Source: Bugula neritina (Eukaryota; Animalia; Bryozoa). From it: a DNA stretch of 64,000 nucleotides. Below, one piece after another: positions 16,106 through 31,500 of the stretch. Location of the stretch: contig OZ037767.1 in NCBI GenBank assembly GCA_964035545.1, positions 2,677,680 through 2,741,679 on the forward strand, read 5' to 3'. A program made the translations under genes and the position numbers. The notes beneath the pieces are model-generated. The model was not told the DNA's origin and did not search any database. It worked only from the letters and a program-made list of their open reading frames with translations. Every line of letters begins with the position of its first letter. Within the stretch, counting starts at the first letter, position 1.

Positions 16106-18881
16106 CCTTCAATTGGCCTAAAGCAAGAGTTGTGTTTAAATGATACATTACAATGAATTGGTAGTCTGGTACAAGCCAATAAGCAGGTACATATGGATGG
16201 CATATAGGAAGCTTTGTTATGCAAATGACAACATGATTATCAACATAAAGTAATCTAAGAAGGTAAAAACTCGCATCACCAAACTTCAAGTTCATTTTAA
16301 AGTACTTTATGCATAGCCACTCAACTTTAAAGTCATCCAATGTATTATTAATATATTTTCCAATTTATGAGCACAGTTATTTTAATCAACTCATCATTAT
16401 AATTGAAAATATATAACTCTGTGAGAAGTTTTATATTTTACCTCTCTATATTAAATTTTTTAATTTAATTTGATTCTCAATGTTGATTCAGATAATTATT
16501 TTAAAAAGTATTTGTTTAACTTGAGTTTCAAAACATGTTTACTTTTACACTCAGTTCTGTGACTATTTTATTTTCTTGTCAATGCTGAGACTTCAACACA
16601 CTAGCAGTAGCTGGGAATATAAGTCGTACTCCATTAATCCGTAGAACCTGTTTCACTTCACTTTCAGATTTATTGTATGATAGAAGATGCTAACAGTAAC
16701 AGCATGAGTATCAGTATGATTTGTGTATACAAAATACTTGAATAGCACAATTGACAATTACTATAACCATAGAATAGACAGTTGTAACAGCCATTATATG
16801 TTCTTCAACTTTAAGAGAGAAAATCAAAATGTGACACTTCTAAAAGTAAATAAACTATTAGTATTAGTTATTATTATTAGTATTACTATTAGCCATTAGA
16901 TAACAATAACAGCAACTATTGGTATTATAATTACTATTATCATAATCATAATGACTAAAGTTAAACTTAATGAATATGTGACAGCTAGACATGATTCATT
17001 GATTGACATGTAAATCAAAACTAAAGAGTAAAGAGTAAAGATAAATCACAAAACTCAAAAGTGATAAATGCGATTGTCATTGACTCATTGACCATGTCAG
17101 TGTCCATTGAGAAACTGAATGTGATACCCATATTCATACTGATACTCATAGTCACAGTCATACTGATACTCATACTGATAGCGATACTGACTCTGAGTGA
17201 CCATCACTATGAGTATGACTTATGAGTGTTGCTCATGCTGTTACTGTTAGTGTTACTGTTACTGTTAGTGCTAGGCCTAGGGCTAGTGTTGTTATTACAA
17301 TAATTAATTTTACTAAATTAGCAATTTGCGGGTTTTAATTTTAAAATTTATATTTGTTACAACAGTAGGTTAGGCATATTTTATTATAATATTAATATAA
17401 TAATAATTATCATTATGAGTATGGTAAAGATGAAGCTGTAGTTGCACCAAACTCAAAAGCATGCAGTATGTTGTGAATAAAGGTAAAATAATCTAATCGC
17501 TAAACTCTGAACTTTATCATAGACGTTGGTTTACAAAATTTAAGAACTCGCACTTTCATCAGCGACAATATTTGCACTAAGTCAGAGTCTATAAATAACT
17601 ATTTGTAGTCCTCGTGCTAACGCTAGTGTCACTGGGTGAAAATGTAAACTACAGATATCGGGCCATAACCTTTCAAACTGGTAAATCACAAATGGCCAGT
17701 TACTGAGTTAGTCGTACTGAACTCAGTAAATTAATAATTATGTGTTGTACTTGTTAAAGTATAACTTCTAAAGAGAGTATTTTCAGTTTTTATTTATTTC
17801 ATCCAAATATAACTAATTATTAATATAAATATTTCAACGCCCATAGGATAGGCCTAGGCCTAGGGGCTAGGGGCTAGGGCATATCATTATCATAGGCATA
17901 AGAATAAGAGTAAGAGTAAGTCAATGTCATTATGATTATGATTATGATTAACTTTAAGTTTTAGTTTAACTTTGAGTTTGGCTTTAAGTTTAAGTTTAAC
18001 TTCAAGAAACTAAAAGTATTAGTATATCAACATTAAGTTTAACTGAATAAGTTAACATTGTGATTAGCCTTAGGTTTAGCAATAGCTATGACAGTATAAC
18101 TAGCAAGGACAAAGATTAATTGATACATTATGATTATTATTATTTAGTACTTATTATTTAGATTATGATTATATTAAACTTAAAGTTGCCAATTGGGACT
18201 GAAAAAGAATAAGAATAACTTTAATAACTATTACTATAGTATTACTATTAGTTGTAACTAATACTAATAGTAATAGTAATGCTAATAATTATAATTAGCG
18301 TAATAGTAATACTAATAGCCAATATGAATAAGTGAATTTGTAGTAAATTTAGGGACAGCTCTGCTCATATCACTCTAACACGTCATTGCCAAGTTGGTAG
18401 ATACCTTTTATAAGATATTCGGTCTTTTTAAATCTTTACGATTGTAATACACTGCATTACCCCTTCTGTTTTTTAGGTTTTCATTTGGCCAGAATCAGCA
18501 GGATAAGATGCAAAGCTTGTTAGGCAGTTGCTATAAGCGATGTTTTGCAAAAATAAAACATTTGGGATTCAAACCCACAACTCCTTGAGTGAGAATTATT
18601 GCGCACTCTTCTAAGTGCACCTCTTACCATGTAGTTTCTGTGACTATTACTTTACTGTTGTAGTTTCACTAGTTGTACAAATGTAATAAATAGTTATAAT
18701 ATATCTATTGAATTATTTTGCAATAGTTATTGCTGCCTACTAATAACTGTCATAAATCATAGTAATAGTCAATGTTATTCTCAGCCTCGTAGCTCATGCT
18801 ATACTTATGCTGACAAAATATTAATATTTTGCCGTTAATCTTGTAGGTGCCGTCGCATCGTGCGAGTACCAATTAAAAACC

Positions 18882-21800
18882 ATGCTGCTGGAAGTGACAC
18901 TGTTGCTATTAGTTGTTTTGTTAGTACTATGTCGGGTGGAGACGCCCATTCAGTACTCTGCCAAGATGTTTATGTTCTACTTCTCCTGTCTATTCCTAGC
19001 TACAGTAACCCTGCCCTTGGGCCTTGTACGCCCCTTCAATCCTGAAAATCACAAGTGAGTATTATTTATTATACTTTAGTATTTAGAATGAGATGGGTTG
19101 ACCTTACTTTTAAAGTATTTTTATTTTCATAGTTTGGGTAACTTCTAAAACCTTTTTACCCTCTCAACATTGTTGTAGGCTGTATTTGGATATACATGTT
19201 AGTCCAGGTTCTACTTTCATTTTTTTTGTTTATAGAGTGCTATCATTTATCGTCCCATATTTGACCAAATACATATTAGGTATAACAGTGGAGGTGCGAG
19301 ATGGCCATAACTCTAAACTCAACAAACCCTTTGTGCTGCTATTAAACCACCAAAGTTCATTGGATGCTTATAGTAAGTACATCTGTTGCTTTTCATTGGG
19401 ACTGGTGACATTGATGTCTCATGTTTATGTTGTTATGCAATAAGCGCTGTTCTATTTACTTAAACATGTCTATGCAATATTATATTGAGTTTCAGTATCA
19501 GCAAGCTGTATGCATTGTTTGGTAGTTCACAGTCACTGAATAAATGCAGACAGACATGTTATTCAGTGTCAACATGTAATTATACTATATTATCCTTATC
19601 TTTAACTAACCACAGAAGAGAGACTACACATGAATGAGAGAGAGAGAGGGGAGGGGGAGGGAGATAGTGAGTGGACTTGCTAAGTGAAGCTAGGAATCTG
19701 TTATGTTGATTACATTGTTTGTATTTCAGTCATGATGCATATCTGGCCAGACAGGTGTGTGACCATCATGAAGAGAGTTCTGATGTACGTCTTTCCTTTC
19801 GGCGTTACGGCCACTCTCTTCGGCTGCATATTCATTGACAGAGGTAACCGTAATAACGCACAGTCATCACTGGAGCATGCCGGACAGGAGCTTAAAAATA
19901 GAAATGTAGGTATTCTCTTTTTGTAACTTACGAGGCATAAATATTATGGTAGTTGTAAGTTGTGTACATGTTATACAGGTAGGAGTGACTTATAATTTAT
20001 ATTGTTTTTGCTTCTGTTTGAACATGTATTGTTTCACTTTATGTGTCATGTTATTTTATTTAGGTACAGATCTGTATGTATCCAGAAGGAACTAGGAACA
20101 GAGATGGACATATACTTCCATTTAAAAAAGGAGCGTTCAACCTAGCTGTTAGCGCTCAGGTACGATGCCTGCCCGCCCCTACCTTTTTATACTCTCTTGT
20201 AATAAACTTGGGTTATCGTTTGTAGGTGGAAATATTAAGCAGTATTTCATAGGATGAGAAATTCACCACATGCTGTTTGATCGGTGGTTGCCAGAAATAA
20301 CAGTTCTAGTCATGTGACTAACATTTGTTGTGGTGAATAAATTCTCAATTCCTAAATTTATATTCCCAAATGTTGATCTTCAGTCCCTTCATGTGTATCA
20401 AAATTCATCAACACAACCACACTAAACATTCATCCCAGCTAGTGTGTGCTGTTGTAAATTCAATTTTGAACTTTGGGTTTGCCCATCTTTGGACTTTAAT
20501 CTAAAAGATCTCAGCTGCTGTACAGTTTTATCTCAAGTCTTGTTTGCCTGTGGAACATGTGACCTTTTGTTGACATCCACAATGTTTACTCTGAATTCAT
20601 AACTGAATATCGATATAATTTGGTATAACTGAGTCTGTTTTGTGAAGCAATTTACCAAATCTTGTTTTATACTCTGGAATATGCTAACTTCTCCTTTAGT
20701 AGAGTTTGGCCTTTACCACTACTTGTAGTGGTAGAGGAAGGTTGAGTGGGGGCTCACCCACCCAACCTTCCTCTCATGTTGCATTCAAGGTGGATTGGTG
20801 TCAAGTTCAATCTGTACTGATAGTGTTTGTTTTTCATATAATGCACTTTGTCTTGAGTCCTAGCGTTATACCAACATGCTAATGCTTGTATACACTATAA
20901 GGCAGGGGTTCTTTAGGTAATGAAATATTGGGTGTAATTTGTAATCAATTTATAATCATTAAATAATATTATTTCATTAGTTTGCAGCTCTACTATGTAA
21001 TGTATTGGTATAACATGCAGCATAGATATAGTGAGGGGTAAGTTGGTACATAGGTTAAGGCAGGTTGAGCATCATGGCTATAGGGTAAGAATTTCAGCTA
21101 TTACACTGCCACTAGAGATCACTACAGTCGGTTCAGTTAGTTACCTACAGTATATGTTACAATAATATGTGTGTGATATTCAGATATGCTTTTCATCCCT
21201 CCAGGTACCTCTGGTCCCTGCAACTGTCTCCTGCTACAGAAACTTCTACTGTAAAAAGGAAAACAAGTTTACTGATGGTGAGATGATGTAACATTGTTTA
21301 CTGGACAGTCTGTTATATGCTCCTATTTGTTAAGCCCCTACTGTGTTATCTATTGCTGTACACAGCTATGAAGCATATTATAATGAGTTGTACACAGCAT
21401 TAGTTACCTGCCGGTAGATTGTTATCAGAAGAATGCAAACCTATACTTATCTCTCCATCACTAGGGTAATAGTAGCTTATTATCCAACTAGTCATGCAGG
21501 TGCCGTAGTTTAAGTTTTTGAATTGTCTTCTTTTGGAACCAAGTTTTGGATGGCTCCATTGAAAGCAGCGTGTAATTTGTACATAGGGTGTCTTTTTAAT
21601 CTGAATGGAGCAGACAAACTGGGGAGGGTAGAGAAACTAAGGGGGATAACTATTGTATTACTAGATAAATATTGTATTAACTTGAATTGGCTTACAATTT
21701 GTGTGTTTCTAGCATATTTTATTTTTATCGTGAAAATTGCTAGTGAAACTTCCCAGAACTATTTTTTTGGTAGTCAGTTAAGATAGAGTTTTATACATAA

Positions 21801-22031
21801 TTAGTTTTACATGCAAATTGCATTTACTTTTACGTTGTAAATTGTATTTCTGTGTGACATATCCAAGCATACATGTGTCTTGCAGGTAAAGTTATAGTTA
21901 GAGTTCTCCCAGAAGTGAGCACTGCAGGTAAAGAATACGCCGATGTCTTGGAGCTAACAGAACAAATTCGTAACTCCATGGTGAAATCCTATGAAGAGGT
22001 GTCGGCTGAGTTGGGCTCCAAACTCTCATAA
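18882..22031 (+). CDS. 1-acyl-sn-glycerol-3-phosphate acyltransferase (AGPAT1/2-like), 6 coding exons, 266 aa
   Basis: Exons 18882-19054, 19236-19372, 19730-19905, 20064-20159, 21205-21277, 21886-22031; motifs NHQSSLD, FIDR, YPEGTR, PFKKGAF. Confidence 0.93.
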
Positions 22032-23132
22032 TATTGTGGCATAATGTCAAATGGCCAAACCCAACAGGTGCTCTCTGTATTTTGCTTTCACATACAGGTG
22101 CTCTTTGTACAGACTACACAAGGAATTTTAGGATATGTGATTGATTGATTTGCATCATGCACTGTAATAGTATTTGGTTGTAATCCATTAACTATTTATG
22201 TATGCAGTTGGTGTTTTAAACCAAATTCTTTCAACTGGTCTGCTCAAACCATGGCTACATGTTAGAAGACTTTATACTCCTATTTGTAAATTGTTTTGTT
22301 CAACTTAATGTAAAAGATTTACTTAAAATTACGGGTCTTTATTGCGTGAATTATAATACAATCACGGATAGAGAGTACTACAATCACATTTTAATTGGGA
22401 TTACTTCAGTTGTGGACAATTACACTGAGTCGAGTATTTGGACAATACTCAAGGTCTTCTAATGTCTAGCACTTTTTTTATGTTGTACATTTTATGTGAA
22501 GTTTACATACTTATTTGGTAATTGTCTTCTCTCAAAGGATTCCATTGATTCTGTTTTACTGTTGGTATGTGAATTTCCATTACATATTTTTCAGATGTAA
22601 TACATCTTGTTGAAGCAAAGTTTTATTTTAGCATGTGAATATGATGCAATGTATTTTTCCAAGCATGTGTTGATATTAATACTGTGTTTGTAGTCACATC
22701 TCATAAATCTATTCCAATCTCTGTATCATTTATATTAACTTTGTGTCATTTGTTTCAATGAAGTTTTGCTAGTAGGATTAGTATATTTCATATAAAAAAT
22801 ATAATTTTATTGAATATTGTTCCATAAAAATATTTAGATAAATTTAATTGTAAGTTTTATATTGAAGATCATTGCACAATAATTGTAGTGGAAGTTTGTG
22901 AGTTCCAACTCATGGTATAAATCCAAGTGCAAGACCAGAAGTAAAAAATAGTAGCATAGTATAAAAACTAGAAGCAGTGCAAAACCAACGCTAATATAGC
23001 AGTACACACAACTTATTGTAGTAATTTATTTGTTGCCTAAGGGTTCTTATCACAATTTACCTATTGTATGCTGTAAAAAGTTTTATAGCAAAATTATATG
23101 TATACATTTTTATTTATATACATGTCGTTGAG

Positions 23133-26100
23133 CTAAATGGTCTTTGTCCTTTCGTACTTCTTAGATTGTCTTCCAGGTTCATATATTATCTGCTTTTTTC
23201 CCATTTCAGTGAAATGCTTTTTCATTGAGCCCTTTGCTCGATATGCAGTGTTGTGTGCATCTTGCTTTACTCTGGGTACGGGACGTGGTGAGGGTCGCAC
23301 CCTACCGTAGTAGTTGAGCAGAAGGTGAGCTAACCCATTTTGTCCATGTGAAGCTATGGCTTCGGCCTCTGAAATGACAGCATGTATATTTATACATGTG
23401 TGTGTGCGTGCGTGTGTGTGTGTGTGTATAATAACTATATAATTATATCTTCAAGTAAAAGAAATCAGCATAGGTTTCATTCAACAAGTGAACACATTGG
23501 AATGTGCATGAATTGTTATAAGAAATAGCAATGACCTGGTTTAACTCGGGGTGCTGGTCTCGCACTCGCTGGGTTTTTCAGATACTCGTTAATTAGTCTC
23601 TCCATTCGTTTACCCTTATCCAGGTCTGCATTCTCCTCAGCCTCAGCTTTCACTCTAGGTGGTGCCCTTGCGGAGGGTGTCAGGTTTCCATGGTTGTGCA
23701 TTAATCTATCCATTCTCTTGCCTGTGAACAAAGTTTGCGAGTATTAAACATGGCTCCATTATACTTACAAGAACAGTAGGCTATCTGGATATTCAGGTGG
23801 TGAGGCTAAACTATGTGTTCCGAATTGTTTTTGGAATCTCATATTTCTCTTAAAACAGTATTAGAGTGGCAGTATGATATCATAAGCTATGACTCTTCAT
23901 ATTCCCCTGATTGTTGTTTACATTTTATCTGTATGACAAAAGTTATACTGCTGATGACAAATAATCTCTTTTAAAATGTATCAAATAATGCAAATAAGTT
24001 AACCTGTTTAATTGCCACATCTGCACAGAATTATATAAATACAAATTTATATGCTATATAGAAAAATAAAACTATGCATAACACAATTAACATTGTATTT
24101 AAATTATAATGACCAATCTGCAGTTCAGATATATAAACTTAGCATATATATATAGTAACTATTCTGACTGCAATAATGACTAAATTATGATAATGGTTAT
24201 ACCCTGATCAAGTATATAATTAGGATCTCCTGGCACTTTGACTCGAGGTACAGGTCTTGCAGATTCAACGAGTTTCTTAGAATCATGCATTAAATACTCC
24301 ATTCGCTTTCCTCTGTCCACATAGGCGTTGCTTTCAGCCTCAGGTTTTACTCTAGGAGCTTGCCTCGGAGAGGGTGTTAACAGACCGTACTCGGATACTA
24401 GCCTGCTCATCCGTTTACCTTTGGCTAAAGTAGCATTTGCTTCTCCTTCTGGTTTTACCTGCAAAATACAGTTCAGATTTATCTAATTTCAATTTGTAAT
24501 TTTTTCCAAATGCTCTATATACACTAAAAACACCTTTAATTCTACTTTGGAGTTATTTACTCTAGCTTTTTTAGCTAGATTTGCTCAATAAGAACTATAG
24601 GGGTGCTTATCAAATATGGAGAAATATAATATTTTCAATCTTTGGAGTTATCTACCTCAAACAGCACGTAAGCTTCAATTTAGCTATAAGCAATCATAGT
24701 TAAAAGGAGTTACTTAATATATAATTAGTCTTATAGCAAGACATACTAGATCGTTATGTCTTATATAAACATAAGATCATAGATATAGGTTAATATTTTC
24801 TAATTGTGCTGGTATGTATAAAGCACTGTGCATATATAGTGCATAATTTAAGCTGCACTAGCTTCCAGAACATGTTTAGTGGACAACGACTACATATTAT
24901 ACTTGCTGGAATAGTTATAGAAGTAATATTATGCACATATATCAGTTATAAGCATATATACATATACACATATACACACAGTAACTTGCAGAGTTACCCA
25001 AAACACACCAGCACTACTGTCTAATAAACAGCACTTCATTTTTTTATAAAGGTATTGGGATATATACTCTAGGTTGAGGTCTAGATGAAAGTGGTTGCCC
25101 GAATTTGTTGATTAAAGTTTCCATTCTTTTCCCTCTATCTAGGGCTGCGTTTGGCTCCCCCTCTGGTTTAACTCTTGGAACAGCTGGTTCTCTGGCAGTG
25201 AGTCTACTATTACCTCTTCCACTGCCATATCCTGTCATGGTGAGTATTCTAAGTAAGAGTCAACAATACAAGATAAAAAGATCAGGCAACTGCTGGGTGT
25301 ACATACAAGGAAAACAACTTCTGGGTGTACATACAAGTTGGCAATATCCACACATACCCAAACGAATGGATATTGCACAAGTAGACTTGTTATAAAAGAG
25401 AAAGATCAATGGATTTAATGATACTAGACTCAGTTTGTGGTGCCTTGAAGAAGCATAATAACCTCATTAAACTAGGATGGGTATTTCTATTGACATTCAA
25501 CCATGAGAACCATGCACAGAAAGAATACACAACATGACATGATTTGGGTTACTTCAGCCAAACTTGTCTTGATAATTACATATCAGGACTGTGCATTCTA
25601 TTGATGATACATAATAATTAAGTTAACAGAATGTGCCATGTGCTTCTTGGCAGTAAGGAGTTGCTGAAATGGTTATTTAATTAGAAAATGGGAATAACAA
25701 GATTATATCTTCCCAAGAGAGATAAAAACTTTGTAGATGACAAACATAGAGAGCACATATTTCCGCTTTGTCAACAGCCAACAGGTGTGTGTCTGCTACA
25801 AATTGTAGCATGTAGGAATAGGAGTAGATTCCTGCAGTTTTCCTCTGTTGTAATCATAAATGCCAATGTTAGTATAACTTTATACATTCATAGAGGACAT
25901 TGCCCTTTCCACACCATAAAGCCTATTTTTAGAATGCATATATCTCTATGTGAAGTAGTTTTATTAAAATAAATATTTCCAGCTTTTCAAAGTTACAAAA
26001 TAGTACAAAGAAAGGGTGGGTGGGTAATCGCCCCTCCCTTTGCTAGGTGGCAAACAGAAGACCTTTTATACAGCCTATAGTTATGATATATTTAGCTTAA

Positions 26101-26841
26101 GTGATAGCAAAGGGTGTCTAAATAGTTGGCCTACTAACTTTTCCATACGGCGCCCTTTGTGGGGCTCATAGCTGGAGCGAGCTTCTGGTTTTATGCGTGG
26201 TTCTGGAGCATAGTCTAATTCATCTTCAGTGGCAGACCATGCCAGTATGAGCTGCATTGAGCCTGTGTAACATACAATGATAATTAGGGCTAGAATTGGG
26301 GCAATAAACTAATGGAACAATATAAATACTGACAGAAAGTTACCTGCAGTGTAATACAGCATCCCTATTTCCTTACACAACATCAACTATAGATATTACG
26401 TAGCTGTGGTATTATGTTATAAACATTCTCATTAGCTATCCAGTATATAAATAACCATGTCTTTGATATAGAGGTCAATGAACTAAGACAGTCATAACAG
26501 ACAATGGAAAACCAATCTATTAGATGTTGGTACCATTACCATTACAACTTGTCTAAAATTGTGCAAGTTCATTAAAAATGCATGCTTTTCAAAAAGAATC
26601 ATGCAACTTTTGTTAATTTACATTATTTAGTTATTTAATATAATTTAGTTTACTTGGACTTATTCCTTTTCCCACATGCATTTAGTAGCCAATACAACCA
26701 AAGCATATATAAAATGTAATGAAGTGGTAGAAGGGGATCACCTGTACGACTCCGTACATAGTTTCTTCTAGCCTCAGGACTAGGGCATCGTGGAATCTCA
26801 TTGAGGTCTATCATTAGTTCTCCTCTGTGATTGTACGTCAT
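23133..26841 (-). CDS. Uncharacterised basic protein (~360 aa) with ~9 repeats of ~36 aa (PRVKPEAExNAxLDxGKRM)
   Basis: Exons 26841-26742, 26262-26139, 25248-25068, 24458-24203, 23721-23536, 23368-23133 join in phase; the start codon is uncertain. Confidence 0.75.
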
Positions 26842-27551
26842 GTGACCGTATGATCCTAAGGCTATATCTGACTCGGAGAAGCCTCTGAACTAGCTCTGGG
26901 CTGCTGCTTGTGTGTTCTTTCAGCTAGACTTATGAACTTTGAAATATACTATTATAATTATTATATTATATACTTTATAGAACACGTTTGTATGAATCTA
27001 TTTTGGCAAATTTAATAAATGTATTGAATATATGATATTATACTATTCATTTTGCTTTATAGAGTAATATAAATCTTTTAATTGTTTCTAATTTATGTTT
27101 TCCACCAATTAGTTTCAAACAAAAGTATAACTTATTACCTTTTATACTTGCAGAGTGCTGCCATACTTTAATATTAATGTCTTGAGAGAATCACCGCTCA
27201 CTCCATCAGCTGACTCAATCTGAGCCCAGACTAAACCTCGGTGCTAATCAATATGTTCCCTGACTCCAAATCTCTACAGTCAAAACACGAATGCACCTAG
27301 ACAAACCCCTTTTATGTTTGTCGGTACTTACTTCATATTGATAAATTGTTATCAATTATTATTAATGTTAATTGATTATTCAATTTGTATTGTGAACGCT
27401 ACACACATTATAAATGCTGCAAGTATTCTGATATTTGTTTTGTTACACATGATTTCAAAAGCTAAACATACTGTTCTTCCATCTATTTGAGTATATGCAT
27501 TATTATAGTTATAGTGACTGAACATGTATGCCATTTGGACATGTGCAGTAT

Positions 27552-27860
<309 letters not shown>

Positions 27861-28581
27861 CAAACAAAAAGCATTTCATCAATGGGTCTTTGGAAGTATA
27901 AAGAAAATCAAATTTCTAGCAGCAAAGTTGTGTTGCCACTAGCTTTCTGCTATACTGCAGTTTTTTGAGACTACAAAACAAGAGTTCATGGAAACCTGAG
28001 TGAGCTAGCAGAGAAATTGAAATTATTTATGAACTGGAGTCAAAATTTATGCACCCAACGAGCATCACAATATAGCCACCCCTTACTACTAAATATATAA
28101 TTAGATGACTATGAAAGGACAATTATAATACTTGAACTGTATAAAAGGGTATTATTGTATTACAAATGGTTTTTACATGTAGAAATTAATTGGCTTATCT
28201 TGCTGTTTTGCTAAAGCTTATTAGTTTACTATATGACTTATACAAGTTTGAAAGTCATTAAATGCATAATTATACATTTCGAGTTGGTGTAAAATTGCAT
28301 TATTTATCAGTAGGTACTGTAAGGTCCTTTGAGTTCGACTGTGTTTGTGCTCACTGAAACATACGTAGCTCCCAAGTTTAAGTTCATTCAATGTTTGTGC
28401 TTTATAATAATTATGGCAACATTCTGATTTGAAAGCTGCGTAGAAGGGGCGGGTCCACAGAAGCTCAATTTTATTGAGCGGATCAATGCGGTATTAAAAG
28501 TCTGATAAAATAATAATGTTAAGATCGTCAGGAGTTCTATCACGCAGGCGCATTTTGGTAGTAGCGTAGTACGTGGAGAAA

Positions 28582-31500
28582 ATGTCAGCCTCCACAGAAA
28601 ACCAAAACAATATCGGTGCAAATGAGATTTCTAACTCTCTTGGTAAAATGGATTTAAATGGGGAGGCTTCTGGTGAGCAAGGAGATGTAACCGAACCTAG
28701 CAATTTAATACCTTTAGAACAGTTGTACAGACTATGCATGAAATACTATAAAGGTAAGTTTGAAGTTCAGTTTCATTCATGATTCAAGTTTCAACATGAA
28801 GTTGACCTAAAACTTAAAGTTAAACAATCATTATCAACTGCAAGTCCAAGTGACTCGCAGTTGAATGTTACATGGACCTGGAGTTGGTTGATTATTTGAT
28901 GGTTGCTGTTTAGTGAAAGTAAAACTCGAGCTAAAGAATTGACTTTTAGAATTAATAACAAATTGAAATAAACATATTGATTATGATAATGATATGATTA
29001 AATTTAATAAATTATTATTATCATTATGATTTATGAGTTAGTGTTGGTGTTAAGCCTATGTCATTGAGTTTGACTGAATCATTGTCTAGGACTAGGAGTA
29101 TCAGTATGAAATTGAATATTAATATAGTGGAATATTTGATAAAATACAGTATCACTATCAGTATGAGTATTACTATTAGTATTACTAATACTCAGTAATA
29201 GTAAATGTAATACTAATAGTAATAGTAATACTAGTACTTATACTTATAGTTATAGTAATACTAATACTAAGTTTAATACTTATTGTGATAGTAATACTCA
29301 TAGTAATACTAATATTATTACTATTAGTATTATTATTACTATTACTATTAGCACTAGTATTAGTAATAGTAATACTAGTACTAATACTGCATATTATCAA
29401 ATATGCCACTATATTGATATTCCATTTCGTAGTCCTAGACAATGATTCAGTCAATGATTATTATAATTTTTATAATTTTTATAAAATTAAGTATATTATA
29501 TTTATTATATATAATTTTTTTATTGTATTACTAGTACTATAATGATAAATCTGCTTATACTATAGTCCTAGACTTAGCGATAAATAAAAATTGAAGCAGC
29601 ATTCTATAATTTATTATTAGAAAATAGTTATATTTAAATTTTATTTTTTTTATTTTAAATCTATAATAATATTATTACATAAGTATTAGAACTTTAATTT
29701 ATAAATATAATAATAAATATGTATATAACATCTACAATGGCAAATTAATTTCCTAAATATTCAATAGGATGAATATCAGTGCTGTTGCTGTGTAGAGGTT
29801 GTGTTGACTAGGCATCAACTTTCATCAAATCTGTTTCCTGTATCAAGTTGTGTAATAAACATGATGGGGCTCTAATCAGTCATATTCCAAGTTCCTTTGT
29901 CTGTGTTGTAGAGAACATTGGAAATGCTATGCCAATACCATATAAGGAAAAGACATATTTACTAGCTCTTCACAAACAAGTCACTTGTGGCAAATACCAA
30001 GCTGACTCAGGCAATGAGCCTGGGTTTCTGGATGTAGTTGGAAATGATAGGAAGTAAGTGACACAAGCCCTCCTTTTAAGAAGTAATTAACCTGAGTCCA
30101 AGCATTAATGTTTCATTTCCTTGTTAGTAACTGGAACTAGAGATTACTATATACTTATTTTATGTGTACACTGCTTATCTGGCCATAAAGTTGCTTGTAC
30201 GTGATAACTTCCTCCTGCCCCTTACGTATAGTTATTTCTACAAAACTGTAGCAGCTGGGAGAGATTGAGAGTTGTTGTTTATAGTAGAACACATACTGCA
30301 GTCTTATGAAAGAGGGGACATAACTCCTACTTGTAAGCAGCAATCGTTTTGAGTAAAATTCTTTTGCAAGGGTTTAGCTACCTGCTACTTAATTGCCCCT
30401 TGATTCAGTCCGCTAAAATATGAAAGTAGGTATATTAAGAGGGCTACTGGTTGAATGCTATATTGTGGTTGGCCACACACTCATCTAGGGCGTGTTCACA
30501 CTCATCTAGGGCCTGTTCACACTCATCTAGGGCCTGTTCACACTCATCTAGGGCGTGTTCACACTCATCTAGGGTGTGTTCACACTCATCTAGGTAGGAC
30601 CTGTTCACACTCATCTAGGGCGTGTTCACACTCATCTAGGGCCTGTTCACACTCATCTAGGTAGGACCTGTTCACACTCATCTAGGGCCTGTTCACACTC
30701 ATCTAGGGCCTGTTCACACTCATCTAGGGCCTGTTCACACTCATCTAGGACCTGTTCACATGTTATGTACACATTCCAAGTGTTGTGTTGATGTTATAGA
30801 CAGGCATGGCAAGCACTGGGTGAAATGAGTAAAGACAGGGCTATGAAGGAGTTTATCAAAGTGCTACACAAATGTAGTCCTAGTTTAAAGCCATACTTGT
30901 ACGCGTACAATGTACAGAAAGAGGAGGAGGAAAGGCAAAGGTGAGTTGAGTATCACTTGCATACAGGGATGGCTTGGAGTTGTCTGCTCATGTCCGTGTA
31001 TTGCGTATCGCTGAAACTAACATATAAATTGGCTGGTACCAGCATCTGTGCTCTGCTCTGTGCATAATATAAATCCTTCTAGCTCGTTATTCACACAAAT
31101 AAACTGGTGACTTATGCTGCATACAGAATAGCCGAAGCTGAACGACAAAAGAAGGCGGAGGAAGAGGCGGAGAAAGCGAAGCAGCAAGCTGAGGAAAGTC
31201 AGCGTCTAAGTGCGGGTCAGCCCGGCTCACAGCAGCTGATGCAGGAGCAGCAGGTCAGACAGGCTCTTAATCAGCAGACCGAGGGTCAGTTCCGGGCGTA
31301 TGCACAGTCACAGTTTCCTGGCAGCATTGAGCAGGTAGGATGACAGCGTTGAACAGGTGAAGACAATGTTTATTAGCTCATCTGTTTGATTGGATACTTT
31401 ATGAATTTATGTACTGGTGGAGCTTGTCTATATACTAAGTTTTACTTTGTATAAGAGTATCAAATAGTGACTCATTGACTTAGATATCAACAGCATAGTA

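Noticed and set aside
22014-22031. AGPAT C-terminus ...GSKLS resembling a PTS1
   Set aside because: SKL is not terminal (an extra Ser follows), so it does not meet the PTS1 rule.
26842-27164. Possible upstream coding exon (MAALCKYK) for the repeat protein
   Set aside because: Splicing it to the next acceptor gives an immediate stop, and the downstream frame has a TAG before Met 26841; treated as 5' UTR or uORF.
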